A stretch of 64,000 nt of DNA from Paecilomyces variotii (lineage: Eukaryota). The position numbers and the translations under genes are program-made. A model generated the notes under the pieces. It saw nothing but the letters and a program-made list of their open reading frames with translations, did not search any database and had not been told where the DNA came from. Shown here one piece after another: positions 63,458 to 64,000 of the stretch. Numbering within the stretch: position 1 is the stretch's first letter; each line of letters opens with the position of its first letter. Location: NCBI GenBank assembly GCA_004022145.1, contig RCNU01000004.1; one strand, given 5' to 3'.

Positions 63458-64000
63458 ATGGAGGACAGAAATATCCACAGACAACATCATAACACAAAGC
63501 GGGGTATCAATCCAAGTGGCAGTAATTGCCCCGAAACACCACTGTCTCCACGGTCTCAGCAGTCCTTCGAATATCAATTGGAGGCTGTACCAATATTGCA
63601 CTCGCTGCCACAATCACAATCACCATCACCATCGACTATAAGTGTGGCAGATAGAATAGCACATATATCCGAAGAACTGCCGTCATCCAACAAAGAGAAT
63701 CTAAACATAGCGTCTGGTGATATATGCCACCCCGCCTTCTTCCACGCTGTCAAACACCTCTCATCGCCTCTAGCTCCTCTCGTCTCAATCACGACGGGTC
63801 TCCCACATCGGGACTTTCCACGGACTCTACTGGCGTACCATCTCCTTACCTCCGATCAACTGGACGATATAGCTCGTCACTATCACCAAGTATGGCCGCC
63901 CATGCCAGAGACATTTGGCTATCCTATCCGGGTACCTGCCTGGGTCGGTACGGGAAGAGAGTACGAATTAGACATAGAGACGAAGCGGCGACGACTAGGA
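63458..64000 (+). CDS. Conserved-looking fungal hypothetical protein, 5' part only; runs off the right edge
   Basis: Not in the ORF track. ATG 63458 is open for 181 codons to the window end: ...PLVSITTGLPHRDFPRTLLAYHLLTSDQLDDIARHYHQ...ETKRRRLG. Confidence 0.75.
   Translation, partial: MEDRNIHRQHHNTKRGINPSGSNCPETPLSPRSQQSFEYQLEAVPILHSLPQSQSPSPSTISVADRIAHISEELPSSNKENLNIASGDICHPAFFHAVKHLSSPLAPLVSITTGLPHRDFPRTLLAYHLLTSDQLDDIARHYHQVWPPMPETFGYPIRVPAWVGTGREYELDIETKRRRLG

Overview
Intron-containing filamentous-ascomycete DNA (gene set and splice signals look Eurotiales-like; the genus cannot be fixed from this sequence). I can support about 23 protein-coding genes, two of them truncated by the window edges. 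Left part: three MFS transporters and a small secreted protein. Housekeeping run: Kes1/Osh4 oxysterol-binding protein, Def1-like CUE/RGG protein, two hypotheticals, Lys1, a Ubp16/USP30-like deubiquitinase, FbaA, an OSCA/TMEM63 channel and ureidoglycolate lyase. At about 34.4-47.3 kb lies an accessory-looking block with tRNA-Trp(CCA), an intron-containing tRNA-Leu(UAA), an SRPK-like kinase, a Baeyer-Villiger-type monooxygenase, a WD40 protein, a Nudix hydrolase and an FAD monooxygenase. Right part: msh1 and brr2 head-to-head, a DPP5-like peptidase, a TauD dioxygenase and a partial hypothetical. All recognisable mobile DNA is in the tRNA-adjacent block. It consists of one 379-bp Tc1/pogo-type MITE and three copies of a 116-130 bp element, each with its own perfect 5-bp target-site duplication and non-canonical TG...GA ends; this element family is the most unusual signal here. 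Several non-canonical splice sites (GC donor, AAG acceptors) and plausible UaY, AreA and CpcA sites were also read by eye. No database searches were run.
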